Shown here: one piece after another, positions 49,308 through 62,800 of the stretch
Layout of the letters: every line of letters starts with the position of its first letter
How positions within the stretch are numbered: position 1 is the first letter of the stretch
Assembly: GCA_965248435.1 (NCBI GenBank)
Contig: OZ252100.1
Coordinates: 1,376,001-1,440,000, forward strand
DNA from: Candidatus Latescibacterota bacterium
Lineage (GTDB): Bacteria > Latescibacterota > UBA2968 > GCA-2709665
DNA length: 64,000 nt
Reading direction: 5' to 3'
Notes under the pieces: model-generated
Told to the model about the DNA's origin: nothing
The model's input: the letters and a program-made list of their open reading frames with translations, nothing else
Database searches by the model: none
Made by a program: the position numbers and the translations under genes

Positions 49308-49472
49308 AGTTTATCACCTTTATAATATCTGCGGGCTGACGAAATGGCCATGGCCTCAGAAAACAAAATGCGGCGAGAGCAACCCCACCGCAAACCTAAT
49401 CCCCTCGGCCATTTTGCGCGAGCGTCAGCGAGCCGGCAGCCTATGTCTGGCGAACCCCGATTTTAGCATCCA

Positions 49473-50576
49473 TCACAAACCGGGAGGCAGTTCTATACCA
49501 TATTTCTCGGAAACGGCCTTCAGCTTGCGGACCGTTCCTTCAGGCAGAGGTATGCCGGTTCGTGAGCGCTCGATAAAGGCTCTTTCCTCCGGTTCTCCGG
49601 GGACGAATATCTCGCTAAAACCGTCTGCCCTGGGTAGCGCCTTTATGCCGTCGATAAGGTTATCTATATGCTCTTTGTAGCTCTCAAGGTCCGTGAACTG
49701 GCTTATGTCTATGGCCGCGACTACGCTGTTCTGAATGTGTTTGGGTCGCTCTTTCTTACCTTTTGCCGGCGGCCCGAATTCGCGTCCGAACAGCGCCGGC
49801 TCCAGAAGCGGGTTGTCGGCCATGACGCTGGAAAGACACTCGAACATCATGGCCAGGCCAGAGCCTTTGGGGCCGCCGATCGGCAGCAGGGCGCCGAACC
49901 TGAAGTCGGGCTCATCGACCTTTCTAGGATCGGTGGTCGGATTGCCCTCCCTGTCCAGGACCCAGCCCTCGGGGATGGGCATATTTTTGTCTATGGCCAG
50001 CAGGAGTTTTCCTCCTGCAGCCACGCTGGTGGCCATGTCCAGATTGAGCGGTCGATGGCGCTTTGCCGGCACCGAGATGGCGATAGGGCTGTTGTGCACG
50101 CCAGCAGCCCTCGCGCCGAAGGGCGCCATGTTCGGCGGATTGCAGACTAACAATATCCCCGCCATCCCCTTCTCCGCCATCATCTGCGAATAATATCCCA
50201 GGGCACCCTGGTGGGTCAGATTGCGTATCAGCGCCCAGCCGATGCCCACCTGCTTTGCCTTTTCCATGGCTATACCCACCACCTTGATGGTGACCATCGA
50301 GCCAAGGGCACGGTCGGCATCGAGAAGTATCGTTGCCGGCGTTTCATTGATGACCTTAATATCCGGCTCTGGATTCATCGCCCCCTGCTCAATGTAGTCC
50401 AGATACAGGGGGATGCGCAGTACGCCGTGGGAGTCAACAGCACGTAGATTGGCCCAGAGCAGGACGTCGGCCTCGGCCTCGGCGTCTTCCGGCGGTACGC
50501 CGGCCCTGATGAATACCTCCCTGGTGAAAGCGTGTAGCCGTTTCCAGTCGACTACCTTCATCTCGCCACCTGCCAT
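49473..50576 (-). CDS. Ldh_2 family oxidoreductase (malate/sulfolactate/ureidoglycolate dehydrogenase-like)
   Basis: DSHGV, HQGALG, NSPIA, DMATS, GGPKGSGL, PGEPE. Confidence 0.9.
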   Translation of the reverse strand: MAGGEMKVVDWKRLHAFTREVFIRAGVPPEDAEAEADVLLWANLRAVDSHGVLRIPLYLDYIEQGAMNPEPDIKVINETPATILLDADRALGSMVTIKVVGIAMEKAKQVGIGWALIRNLTHQGALGYYSQMMAEKGMAGILLVCNPPNMAPFGARAAGVHNSPIAISVPAKRHRPLNLDMATSVAAGGKLLLAIDKNMPIPEGWVLDREGNPTTDPRKVDEPDFRFGALLPIGGPKGSGLAMMFECLSSVMADNPLLEPALFGREFGPPAKGKKERPKHIQNSVVAAIDISQFTDLESYKEHIDNLIDGIKALPRADGFSEIFVPGEPEERAFIERSRTGIPLPEGTVRKLKAVSEKYGIELPPGL

Positions 50577-50654
50577 GATGCCTCCTCGAATAGCGCACAA
50601 TACGAACGATTCAGGCGCTCCGTCTGTTAAGATAATAACGAGATTCAGGTCTTT

Positions 50655-51692
50655 TTACGTTGTTACCGCGCTGGCGATGCGCCAGTTACCGTGAGAATCG
50701 CAGGCGGCGTAGTAGACCCTGAAGCGACCGTCCCCCAGGGCGACGACCGACATGTCTTCAGCATGGACGCCGTCGATGTCTTCGCTGTCGTGGCCGCCGC
50801 CCTCGATCACGCACTCGCCGTGTTCCCACGTCAGTCCATCAGGCGATTGGGCAGTGAAGATGCGGGATCGGTATCCCGCCAGGTCGACCGCAATCGAGGC
50901 GGCCGCGAAATCGGCGCTCGATCCGCTCCGAACAGCGTCCGGATCCGAACTGGGGTGCGAGGGGACAGCGGTCCCGGGTGGGACGTCCTGCCAGCTGGAG
51001 TAGAGCATGTGCCAGGAGTCATCAGGGCCTGCCGGGACGATCACATCGGCGGCAGTGATTCCCAGAGCGTCGTGCTCCGGCCTCCGCGTGAGGCGATAGC
51101 CTGGCTCGGGTTCGAAGGCGAGACCGTCCACCGTTACGGCACTGATCACGTTCTGTGAGATGCGGGATCCGCCCACGAGCCCGCCTTCATCGTACTCCGA
51201 GGCGAAGGCATAGATCCGTCCCCGTCCATCAGGAAGCGCTACGTAGCGCGGGCCACCGATCCCCTCGAAGCCCTGCAGTCGTATTCCCTCTTCGTATTCC
51301 CACGACACCATATCCGGGGAGATGGCGCTGCATACGACGGTCGGCCGATCCGCGGGGCCGCGCGCCTCGAAATACATCCGCCAGCGTCCGTCAGGGCACG
51401 TGGTCACGGTAGGCGCCAGAACGCGAAGGCTGGCGTGTTCGAGGGATGGATCGGGAGCCACGCGGATGCCGGACTCTTTGCGAAACGTGATGCCGTCGTC
51501 CGAGATCGCGCTGAGGATATAGCCCTGGCAGTCGGGGAATGGTTTGCCGGGACCCACCGCGGTGTAGAAAAGCCTGTAGCCGCCGGAGGGGATGCGAACG
51601 ACGCCGGGCGCCTGAACTTTCATGCCGTCGAGGTCGCGGGTTCCTTCGATACGCGGGCCCGGTTCCCTTATCCAGGTGTTATCTGCAGGCAT
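50655..51692 (-). CDS. Five-bladed beta-propeller, glycoside-hydrolase-like
   Basis: Repeated P.V...G.YRLFY / S.DG..W blades. Confidence 0.6.
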   Translation of the reverse strand: MPADNTWIREPGPRIEGTRDLDGMKVQAPGVVRIPSGGYRLFYTAVGPGKPFPDCQGYILSAISDDGITFRKESGIRVAPDPSLEHASLRVLAPTVTTCPDGRWRMYFEARGPADRPTVVCSAISPDMVSWEYEEGIRLQGFEGIGGPRYVALPDGRGRIYAFASEYDEGGLVGGSRISQNVISAVTVDGLAFEPEPGYRLTRRPEHDALGITAADVIVPAGPDDSWHMLYSSWQDVPPGTAVPSHPSSDPDAVRSGSSADFAAASIAVDLAGYRSRIFTAQSPDGLTWEHGECVIEGGGHDSEDIDGVHAEDMSVVALGDGRFRVYYAACDSHGNWRIASAVTT

Positions 51693-51968
51693 TGACCGTT
51701 ACCCGCTGCGGGAGCGCGTTTCGGTAGCCCCTGCCTGACGCTACATTCGGTGCGCTGGAAAGGTCGATCATCTCAGGGTTCAGAACCGTCCACAGGCGTT
51801 TGCAGAGCTCAGTCATCCGTCTCAACTCGATAGAATGGAGCGGTCACCTACTGACCGGTAATGGAATCGACGTTGCGGAAGATGTGCTTCTTTGACCGAG
51901 ACCCACTCAGCGTGAAGCCTTGTTTCTAAACCTGCCTTTAGAGTCCCGAAACTACCCTTTCCTCCATT

Positions 51969-52646
51969 TTATCTAATATCCCCATATAATTTTGATAATT
52001 TCTCAGGAGATATATTAATAAAAAACAGGAATAGCAACATACAATCCAGTAAAAATTGTCTTGTTATCCCATATTTCATAAATCTCCTTGCAGATGTAAC
52101 AACCTTTGATTTTAACAAGATTATTCTTCCTTCCTCAGATAATCTTTTTGCAAAATCCATATCTTCCATCAACGACATTTCCCCATACCCCTTCAATTTT
52201 TTAAACATTTTTTTCGTTACAAACCATCCCATGTCCCCAAACGTAAAGGGCATAATCCCCAGATTGAGAAAAAGGCTTCCTAATTTCAGTCTTAAACTTT
52301 TACTATCAAATGAATGTCTAAACCTCCCTCCATCATATCCTTCCTTGACTACCTTCTCTACCTCCTTGATCGCACCTTCTGGCAATAAAGTATCTGCATG
52401 TAAGAATAATAAGATATTTCCCCTAGCCTTGCCTGCACCATAATTCATCTGCACCCCCCTCCCCTTTCTACTTCTAAACACTCTCCCATATTTTCCCGCA
52501 ATTTTTACAGTGTTATCTTTACTCCCACCATCTACAATAATGATTTCAAAATTTCCTATTTGTTTTTTTAGTCTCTCTAAATTTCTAGTTATGCAAACTT
52601 CCTCATTTAAGACCGGAATAACCACAGACACTTCTCCCCTAATCAT
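51969..52646 (-). CDS. GT2 glycosyltransferase (TIGR04283-like), AT-rich
   Basis: VVIPVLNEE, DGGS.D, QMNYGA, FLHADT, FGD, MED, TSARRF. Confidence 0.88.
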   Translation of the reverse strand: MIRGEVSVVIPVLNEEVCITRNLERLKKQIGNFEIIIVDGGSKDNTVKIAGKYGRVFRSRKGRGVQMNYGAGKARGNILLFLHADTLLPEGAIKEVEKVVKEGYDGGRFRHSFDSKSLRLKLGSLFLNLGIMPFTFGDMGWFVTKKMFKKLKGYGEMSLMEDMDFAKRLSEEGRIILLKSKVVTSARRFMKYGITRQFLLDCMLLFLFFINISPEKLSKLYGDIR

Positions 52647-52952
52647 CCTTCTACTCCGTGTTAATCTCTGTAGTGCCAAGAAGCAATCTTCTCCGCGCTG
52701 ATTTGGTCCATCTTTTCTATGTGAAATTGCATCATCCTGTTTTCTGTTAATGAGCCTTGATGGCGTAGAAGGACGTAGAACACAACCAGGACGTCGACGG
52801 AGAATCTCCAACTGTTGAGCTTCCGTCCCATTCGCATTGTCGTTGGCGCCGTTACCGTTCGCGAGAAAGAATACTGCCGGAGGCAGGAAGAATCATATCG
52901 CTCTCGAACCCCCTTCTACTTGGTGGAAATTTGGCTCTCCATCGCTCCTCCC

Positions 52953-56165
<3,213 letters not shown>

Positions 56166-56230
56166 CTACAGAGCGCTGCGCATGCATGGCTGGATGACAG
56201 TGGTTATCTGTTTCACGGTCGACTCCTGAG

Positions 56231-57478
56231 TTAGTGGTCGTGCGTGGCACCGGATTTCCCGATGTCGGCCTTGATGATGAAACTGTTCTCCGTGGCGTAC
56301 CTCTGGCCATGAGCAAGTCCGGACACCACCTGGGCCCACTCCGCGTCTCGACGTCCCAGTTCCAGGATAGCGATCTCGAACAGATCGTCCGCTCGTGCGA
56401 AGACGACATCCCAGTCACGAAACACCTGAAGGCCTTCGGTCCGTACAGCAAGAGGAACGGTGGCTTCATCAACGATGATTTCGCCGACCACGAAGAGTCC
56501 GGGTCGCCACCGTCCGTCCGGGTTCGGTAGTTCGACGCGCGCAAGCATGGTCTGCGTATCCAGTGCGCCGAACGGAGAGATGTATCCGATCTTTCCTGGC
56601 GCCCCGATCGAGTCGTCCCCGTTGTAGACGACCACGGCCTGTCCGAGCTTGAGCCGGCCAAAATGTTTTCGGGGGATGTCCAGGTCGACCCACACCTGGC
56701 TGAGGTCCGCGACGGTATAGATCGTCTGACCCTCATCCACAAACTCCCCCGCCGTCACGTCCTTCCGGATGACGGTCCCGGCGATGGCAGACCTCACCTC
56801 GTACTTCAGAAGGCTCTCGTTGCTTTCCACGACAGCCATCACTTCGTTGTTGGCCACGTTTTCACCAAGTTTCTTCCGGACTTCCTTCACAACTCCGGGA
56901 AATCGAGGAGCGACCTTCTTGAGCCGATCCTCGTTCGGTGCGATGTGACCGAACACCCGGATGATTTCTCTGATTGTCGCCGGTCCGGCGAGCTCGATTT
57001 CGATGCCAGAGAGCTGGGCGACCTCGTCAGACATCTCCGTTCGCCCCTCGTATGAATCGTACTCCCAGCGATACACATTCCCCTGGTATTCGGCGGTTAA
57101 GATGACGTCGAAGGAATGCGGTTCCTCCACAATCTGGTCACCCAGCAGGTAGTCATCCTGCTTCGCGAACCGGATTACGTCCGTCCTCCCTGCAAACCGA
57201 TGGAGTTCGACTGTCAGATTCACGTGATCCGGATCGACCGGTTGACCGTCCTCGTAGAAGTAGACTCTGAACTGGGGAGGAATGCCTGCCTCATGAATCG
57301 TCACCTCGGTCTGTATTCCCCCATCCGTGAGCAGACGCCCTCGGTGGGGGCCCTTGGACACATCCCCTCCGACACTCTCTACGTGACCGGTGTCATTTCC
57401 CTGACAGGCAGCGAGACTCAGAGCGAGCACGATCAGGGATCTCTTCACGGTCTGTTTCAAGGTGATCATTCCTTTCAT
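56231..57478 (-). CDS. czcB: CzcB-like periplasmic adaptor
   Basis: KGPHRGRL, IEEPHSF-type motif, WRPGLFV, C-terminal KADIGKSGATHDH. Confidence 0.9.
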   Translation of the reverse strand: MKGMITLKQTVKRSLIVLALSLAACQGNDTGHVESVGGDVSKGPHRGRLLTDGGIQTEVTIHEAGIPPQFRVYFYEDGQPVDPDHVNLTVELHRFAGRTDVIRFAKQDDYLLGDQIVEEPHSFDVILTAEYQGNVYRWEYDSYEGRTEMSDEVAQLSGIEIELAGPATIREIIRVFGHIAPNEDRLKKVAPRFPGVVKEVRKKLGENVANNEVMAVVESNESLLKYEVRSAIAGTVIRKDVTAGEFVDEGQTIYTVADLSQVWVDLDIPRKHFGRLKLGQAVVVYNGDDSIGAPGKIGYISPFGALDTQTMLARVELPNPDGRWRPGLFVVGEIIVDEATVPLAVRTEGLQVFRDWDVVFARADDLFEIAILELGRRDAEWAQVVSGLAHGQRYATENSFIIKADIGKSGATHDH

Positions 57479-58773
57479 TGGGGTTGAATGCCCTGGCCAG
57501 TGAGCCGCTCGATTTCCGTTGCCAGCAGGTGGTAGGTATGGGCGGCCGAGATCATCTGCTGCTTGATTTCAAGCACCGCCTTCTGCGCCTCGGCGATTTC
57601 CAGATATGTGAACCGTCCTGCCCGATATCCGGCTTCCCCGTGGGCCAGGGCTTCCTCCGCCAGTGGGAGGACCTCTCGACGGCTTGATTCCACTTCCATC
57701 ATCGCCCTCATCAGTCCTCGATGCATTTCGAACAACAATGACTTCAGTCGAGACTCCGCAGCAACGCGGTCGAGCTCCGTTCTCTCCAACATCGCAGTGG
57801 CCTCGCGGCGAGCGCCCTGATTCTTGTCAAACAGAGGTAGGGGCAGAGACAGCTCAGCCACGAGAGAGAAGGCATTCGAGCCTGCGGACCTTCGTATGCC
57901 GCCGCCAGCGGTCAGATCAGGCATCCCTCCGGCCTCTGCAAGCCGATGCTCCGCTTCTTTCAACCGCTTCTCGGAGATCCATCGCGTCATACTGGGGCTG
58001 TCGGAGAGACGTTTGACCAACGCCTCAAGAGGAATGGGCGCGGTAATGGCGAACAGATCTCCCTCCACGCTGCTGAAGTCGGCCGTCGTATTACCCCACA
58101 TCGCTGACAGCCTGCGGCGAGCCACTTCCAGCAACCCGGAAGCGCGCTGCTCTGCCACACGCCTCTGAGCCGCCGCGACCGCTGCCCGCTTCTCCTCGAG
58201 CTGCGTACCACTGCCAACTCTTACCCGTTCAGTCGCGCTCCTCATTACGGCCTCGGATGCCTTCTTCGCCTGGGTCGCGAGGACAAGCGTGCTTTGCGTG
58301 CTCAGCACATCGATAAACCTTGCGGTCGTCTCGGCCAGAATCTCCACGCGCTTCAACTCATAATCCTTTTCTGTGAGCTCGAGCTCTGAAGCCGCGACAC
58401 CACGACGGGCAGCTCGTTTGCCCCCCAACTCGATGACCTGGCTCATCCGGACCGTCGATTGCAGCTGGCGAATGCCACCAGATGGACTCGTACCGGCGAA
58501 ATCCTCGAACTCGACACCCAGTTCAGGATTAGCGCGGAGACTGGCCTGCAGCATACGTGCCTCAGAGACACGGAACTGCGCCGGATAGGTCGCCAGCTCG
58601 GGGTTTTTCCCCAACGCCCTCGCCAGCGCTTCTTGCAGCGCAAGAGCGCTGAGACGCGACTCCGAAGTCGCGACTCCCGCGGCCTCCTCCTTCATCAACA
58701 CCTGGGGAGACGCCGCCTCCACCAAACACATGGTGAGGATCAGAGCGGCAATCAGATTTGATGCGGTGTACAT
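57475..58773 (-). CDS. czcC: CzcC-like TolC outer-membrane protein
   Basis: Signal peptide, NPEL, SQVIELGGKR, LPLFDKNQG. Confidence 0.9.
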   Translation of the reverse strand: MYTASNLIAALILTMCLVEAASPQVLMKEEAAGVATSESRLSALALQEALARALGKNPELATYPAQFRVSEARMLQASLRANPELGVEFEDFAGTSPSGGIRQLQSTVRMSQVIELGGKRAARRGVAASELELTEKDYELKRVEILAETTARFIDVLSTQSTLVLATQAKKASEAVMRSATERVRVGSGTQLEEKRAAVAAAQRRVAEQRASGLLEVARRRLSAMWGNTTADFSSVEGDLFAITAPIPLEALVKRLSDSPSMTRWISEKRLKEAEHRLAEAGGMPDLTAGGGIRRSAGSNAFSLVAELSLPLPLFDKNQGARREATAMLERTELDRVAAESRLKSLLFEMHRGLMRAMMEVESSRREVLPLAEEALAHGEAGYRAGRFTYLEIAEAQKAVLEIKQQMISAAHTYHLLATEIERLTGQGIQPQ

Positions 58774-58856
58774 AGAACGCCTCCTGACACACGGAAACCA
58801 AGCAGCCCGCGAAAATGCGCGCTGCGAACAGTCAATGCCGTGAGAATCAGGAGGTG

Positions 58857-59240
58857 TCAGATGATGAGAACGACGTTTTGAGCCAGTTGGCTCGGAGGGA
58901 GGATTGTAGCAGGAACCCATAGACGCCGTGGCGGGACAGGAGCGAAGGCCGAAGGGGCGTCAGAGACCTTCGGCACAAGGATGTTTCCATCGACTATCGG
59001 TGCTCGATCGATGGCTATTTCGTAATCCAGACATGGACCACAGTGGGAGGCGCTCGTTGTGTGTAGTAACGGTCGGGCAGTTTCATCCTCTGCGCAGTAA
59101 CCCTGCCAGACACCGACCTCGATAGCGACGTGGCCATCCAAACCCATACAGAGTACGCGACCGCCGATTGAGAGGAAGCTTGTGACCAGGATTGTAACGG
59201 TCAGCAGGAGACCCATGCATCTGTTATTCGATACGTTCAT
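58857..59240 (-). CDS. Small Cys/His-containing exported protein heading the czc operon (CzcI-like position)
   Basis: Hydrophobic N-terminus, LCMGLDGHVAIE, HCGPCLD, Pro-rich tail ending VLII. Confidence 0.55.
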   Translation of the reverse strand: MNVSNNRCMGLLLTVTILVTSFLSIGGRVLCMGLDGHVAIEVGVWQGYCAEDETARPLLHTTSASHCGPCLDYEIAIDRAPIVDGNILVPKVSDAPSAFAPVPPRRLWVPATILPPSQLAQNVVLII

Positions 59241-59553
59241 GACCACACAATTAACCTGAATACTTGCTCAAATCTTGATAGAGGCTTCCCGTTCTTTGGG
59301 TTCGCATTGGGACCAAGATAGAGAAACTGCACCGGGCCCGCAAGGATGTAAAGCTGGATACGGGAAACGGACCAATACACCCACGGACGATATCATCCAA
59401 TTTATCGACGTCCGTGCATGACTTTAGTTTCGCCTTTCACTCGGATGCAGGGCTATTCTCGGCAAACACGCCAAAGTGTCTGCTGGCCGGTCGAGCACCA
59501 CGCGACACGTCTCTACTCGGACATTTGTCCCCGTCGGCAAGTTGGCCAATGTC

Positions 59554-59670
59554 GCCTAACGGTGGGTGTCTGTGAACCCCGGCGTCGGTGGGGTTGGGTG
59601 AATCGGTGGAGCCGGGGTTCCCGTCAGGCCGAAGGAGAGCAGTGACTGAAGCACAGACACATTGTTACCT
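59554..59670 (-). mobile_element. attC-like recombination site
   Basis: Minus strand: R'' AGGTAAC, GTGTCTGTG/CACAGACAC stem, GAACCCCGGC/GCCGGGGTTC hairpin, R' GTTAGGC (GTTRRRY). Confidence 0.7.
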
Positions 59671-59753
59671 GCCTGTGGCAGTTTGGGATCAGCTAAAGGA
59701 ATATCGGGGACGACATCGCCCTCTTTGTTTTTTCTCTTTTTGTTTTGCCTTCT

Positions 59754-59810
59754 TTTTAACGCTAACCGGCCTCGCCGCAGGCGGGGTCCGTGTTGAGCGG
59801 CTTGTTATCC
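59754..59810 (-). mobile_element. Defective attC site (spacer before R' missing)
   Basis: Minus strand: GGATAAC-AAGCC-GCTCAACA...CCGCCTGCGGCG...GGTTAGC directly followed by GTTAAAA; 45 bp after the kinase stop. Confidence 0.6.
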
Positions 59811-59855
59811 AATTTTTTGAACACTTTTCGGATAATCCATTCGGCTACGGAATCT

Positions 59856-62800
59856 CTAGCTTTGATTGAATGGTAGAGTAATCGAAAATTCCGCGCCTTG
59901 ACCTACTTCACTTTCTACTGTCAGTTCACCTTTATGGTTTTGAATTATATTGTAAGCATTGATCAAACCCATGGCCATCCCGACTCTGGTGTCCTTTGTT
60001 GTAAAACCTAATTCGAAAAGCGTCTTTATTTTTTCTGCGGGCATGCCTTTTCCCGTATCTGAGATTTTAACATACACATTATTCTCATCTGAAGATGTAT
60101 TGATGGTGATGGTACCTTTCCCTTCAATCGCTTGCGCCGCATTCCGCAATAGAGTCATGAAAACTTGATTGAGCTCGGCTGGATAACATCGAATCTCTGG
60201 AATATCACCATAGATCTTTTCAACGTGCACTCGGTCTTTCATTTCGTGTTGGATTAACGTCAAGGCGCTATCCAACCCTTCGTGAATGTTTGCACTTTCG
60301 AATTCGGCTTCATCCAATCTGGTAAAATTTCGCAAGCTAGTTATAACCTTCATAATTCTTTCACCGGCAGATGATGCGACCTTACGATTATCTTCGAGAA
60401 TTTGAAGAGACTTCTGATAGGCACTATTATCCTTGAGTTCAGCAAGGGTGTTACTATTTTCCAAAATTTGATTTATTTTTGTGCCACATCGACTCATGGT
60501 GTCCACTGTACTTTTGAGCGCACCAACCGGCGTATTAATTTCATGAACAATGCCTGCGGTAAGTTTTCCCAACGCCGCCATCTTTTCTGATTGCACCAAC
60601 TGCACCTGCGTATCTCGTATCTCTTTGGTTTTTTCTGCTACCTGAATTTCAAGGTTTTTCCTTTGGGTCTCAATATTCCTTATCCTTCTTCTGTACCAGC
60701 CAAACGCCAATGCCAAAACAGATGCACCTGCAACAATCCTGAACCACCAGGTTTGCCAGGGAGGTCGGTCTACGACGACCCCCAGCTCGGCGATGTGGCC
60801 ACCCCATACCCCGTCCTTGTCGGCCGCAACGACCTCGAGCGTATAGCTTCCTCCCTGCAGGGCGGCGTAGCGACCACGACGTGTGGTGCCTGCGTCGTAC
60901 CAGTCCTCGTCCACGCCTTCGAGCCGATAGCGGTACTGAATGTCACCGACGCTCCGGTAGTCCAGCCCGGCGAACTCGAACTCGAAAAGGTTGTTTCGCC
61001 AATCGAGATGGATCGATCGGATTTTCTCAGGCGCAGCGCCCAGATTGAGCGGCTTGCCGCGTTGCGTGAGCGAGGTAATGTAGACCGGGATGGAAGTGGA
61101 GGTGGTCTCATCCGTGATCGCCTCGGGGTGAAAGCGGATGATGGTGTTGTCTTCATAGAACCAGAGCTCACCGTCCTCGGTGACCAGCGGCCGAAAAGCC
61201 CCGATGTGAAAGTCCAATCTGTAGAGCTGAGCATCGCCGGTCTTGGGATCGAAGCGGACGATTCCCCCGTCACCGCCTATCCATAGCTGGCCTCTCGGAT
61301 ACTCCGTGATCTGCCCGGCCGAGCCCATCGGAAACGTGCCATCGCGCTCGGAGAAGCGGCGAAACGTCCCGGTGTTGGGATCGAAACGGTTCAGCCCGGC
61401 TTCACTGCCGATCCAATAGGTACCCGAGGAATCCTTGAAGAATTGGTACAGGGTGTTGCTGGCGAGCGTGGTCGGATCGTCCGGGTTGTGCTTGTACTTG
61501 GCCACAACCTTCCCGGTACGCGGGTCAAATCGGTCGAGTCCGCCTCCCAGCGACGTAACCCAGATGAAGCCCTCATCGTCCTGGTAGATGGAGAGGGCGA
61601 CGCCAACGCTGAAGCTCGTCTCGGATGAAGGATCCGGTTCGAAGTAGGTCGTTTCCCCCGTGGGCTTGTGAAACTTCAGCAGCCCCAAGCCGGCGGTGCC
61701 AAACCAGAGGATATCCGGATCGCCGCGGTCCTCGATGGGGCTGTGTGGCCAGGCCTTGGCAGGATAGGTCTTTTTTGCTTTACCCGTCTCCCGGTCGACG
61801 AGGACGATCCAATTCATCGACGTCATCCATAGGTTTCCCTGCGTATCCTCGATGAGCGCGTGCCCGTACGATTCCGGCAGGCTCTCGGGGTCGTCCGGAA
61901 CGTGGCGGTAGTGCGTAAACGCGCCGGTCTTGCGGTCGTAGCGGTCCAGCCCCGCCCCCCCTACGGCAATCCACACCACGCCGGTGCGGTCCTCGATGAT
62001 CTGGCCGATATACGATCCTTTGCTCACACTGTTATGTACGCCCGGCACGTGTCGCACCGTCTGGAACCTCTGCCCCTTCGGGTCGTATCGATTGATCTCG
62101 CCGCCCAGGGTGACAATCCATACTGCGCCCGAGTTGTCCATGACGATGTCCAGGAGGATGTTGCTGCCGATGCCATCGGGATCGTTGGCCTCGGAGTTGT
62201 ACTGGTGGTGCGAAAACGTCTCGTTGTCGGGGTCGAATATGTTGAGTCCGCCCCCAAACGTCGTGATCCACAACTTGCCGTCCGGGAACTCGATCATCGA
62301 ATAGACAGAATTGCTACTCAGACCGGATGCACGATTGGAGTCGGCGACATAGTGGGTCACGGTCCGAGTGACAGGGTCGAGCCTCTGCAGCCCGGCGTCA
62401 GTTCCCACCCAGATCGTTCCGTCGCTACCTTCCATGATGACGTTGATGTGGCTGCCATGCAGGCTCATCGGATCGTCACTCCGGATCGGGTATCGCTCGA
62501 CAACGATCCCGTTGGTGGGATCGAACTTATGCAGACCGTGGACCGTGCCGACCCACAGGAAGCCATGTCGGTCCTGGATTATCGCGCTTACGAAGTTATG
62601 GATGAGCTTTGCGGAGTCGGTCGGGTCGCTGCCGTAACGGGTGAAGCGCTTCTCACTCTTATCGTACCGGTTCAACCCGTCTCCAGTCCCGACCCATATC
62701 GCTCCATCGCGATCCTCGACGATCGTCTGGAACATCAAGATGTTGTCGTTGCTAATGCTTTCGGGCTGCCCGGGATCGTGCTTGTATTGAGTGAACCTGT

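Noticed and set aside
49325-49455. Imperfect hairpin between Ldh_2 and the BNR gene as a possible attC
   Set aside because: Arms pair (GGCTGACGAAATGGCC / GGCCATTTT..CAGCC) but the AAC/GTT core triplets are absent.
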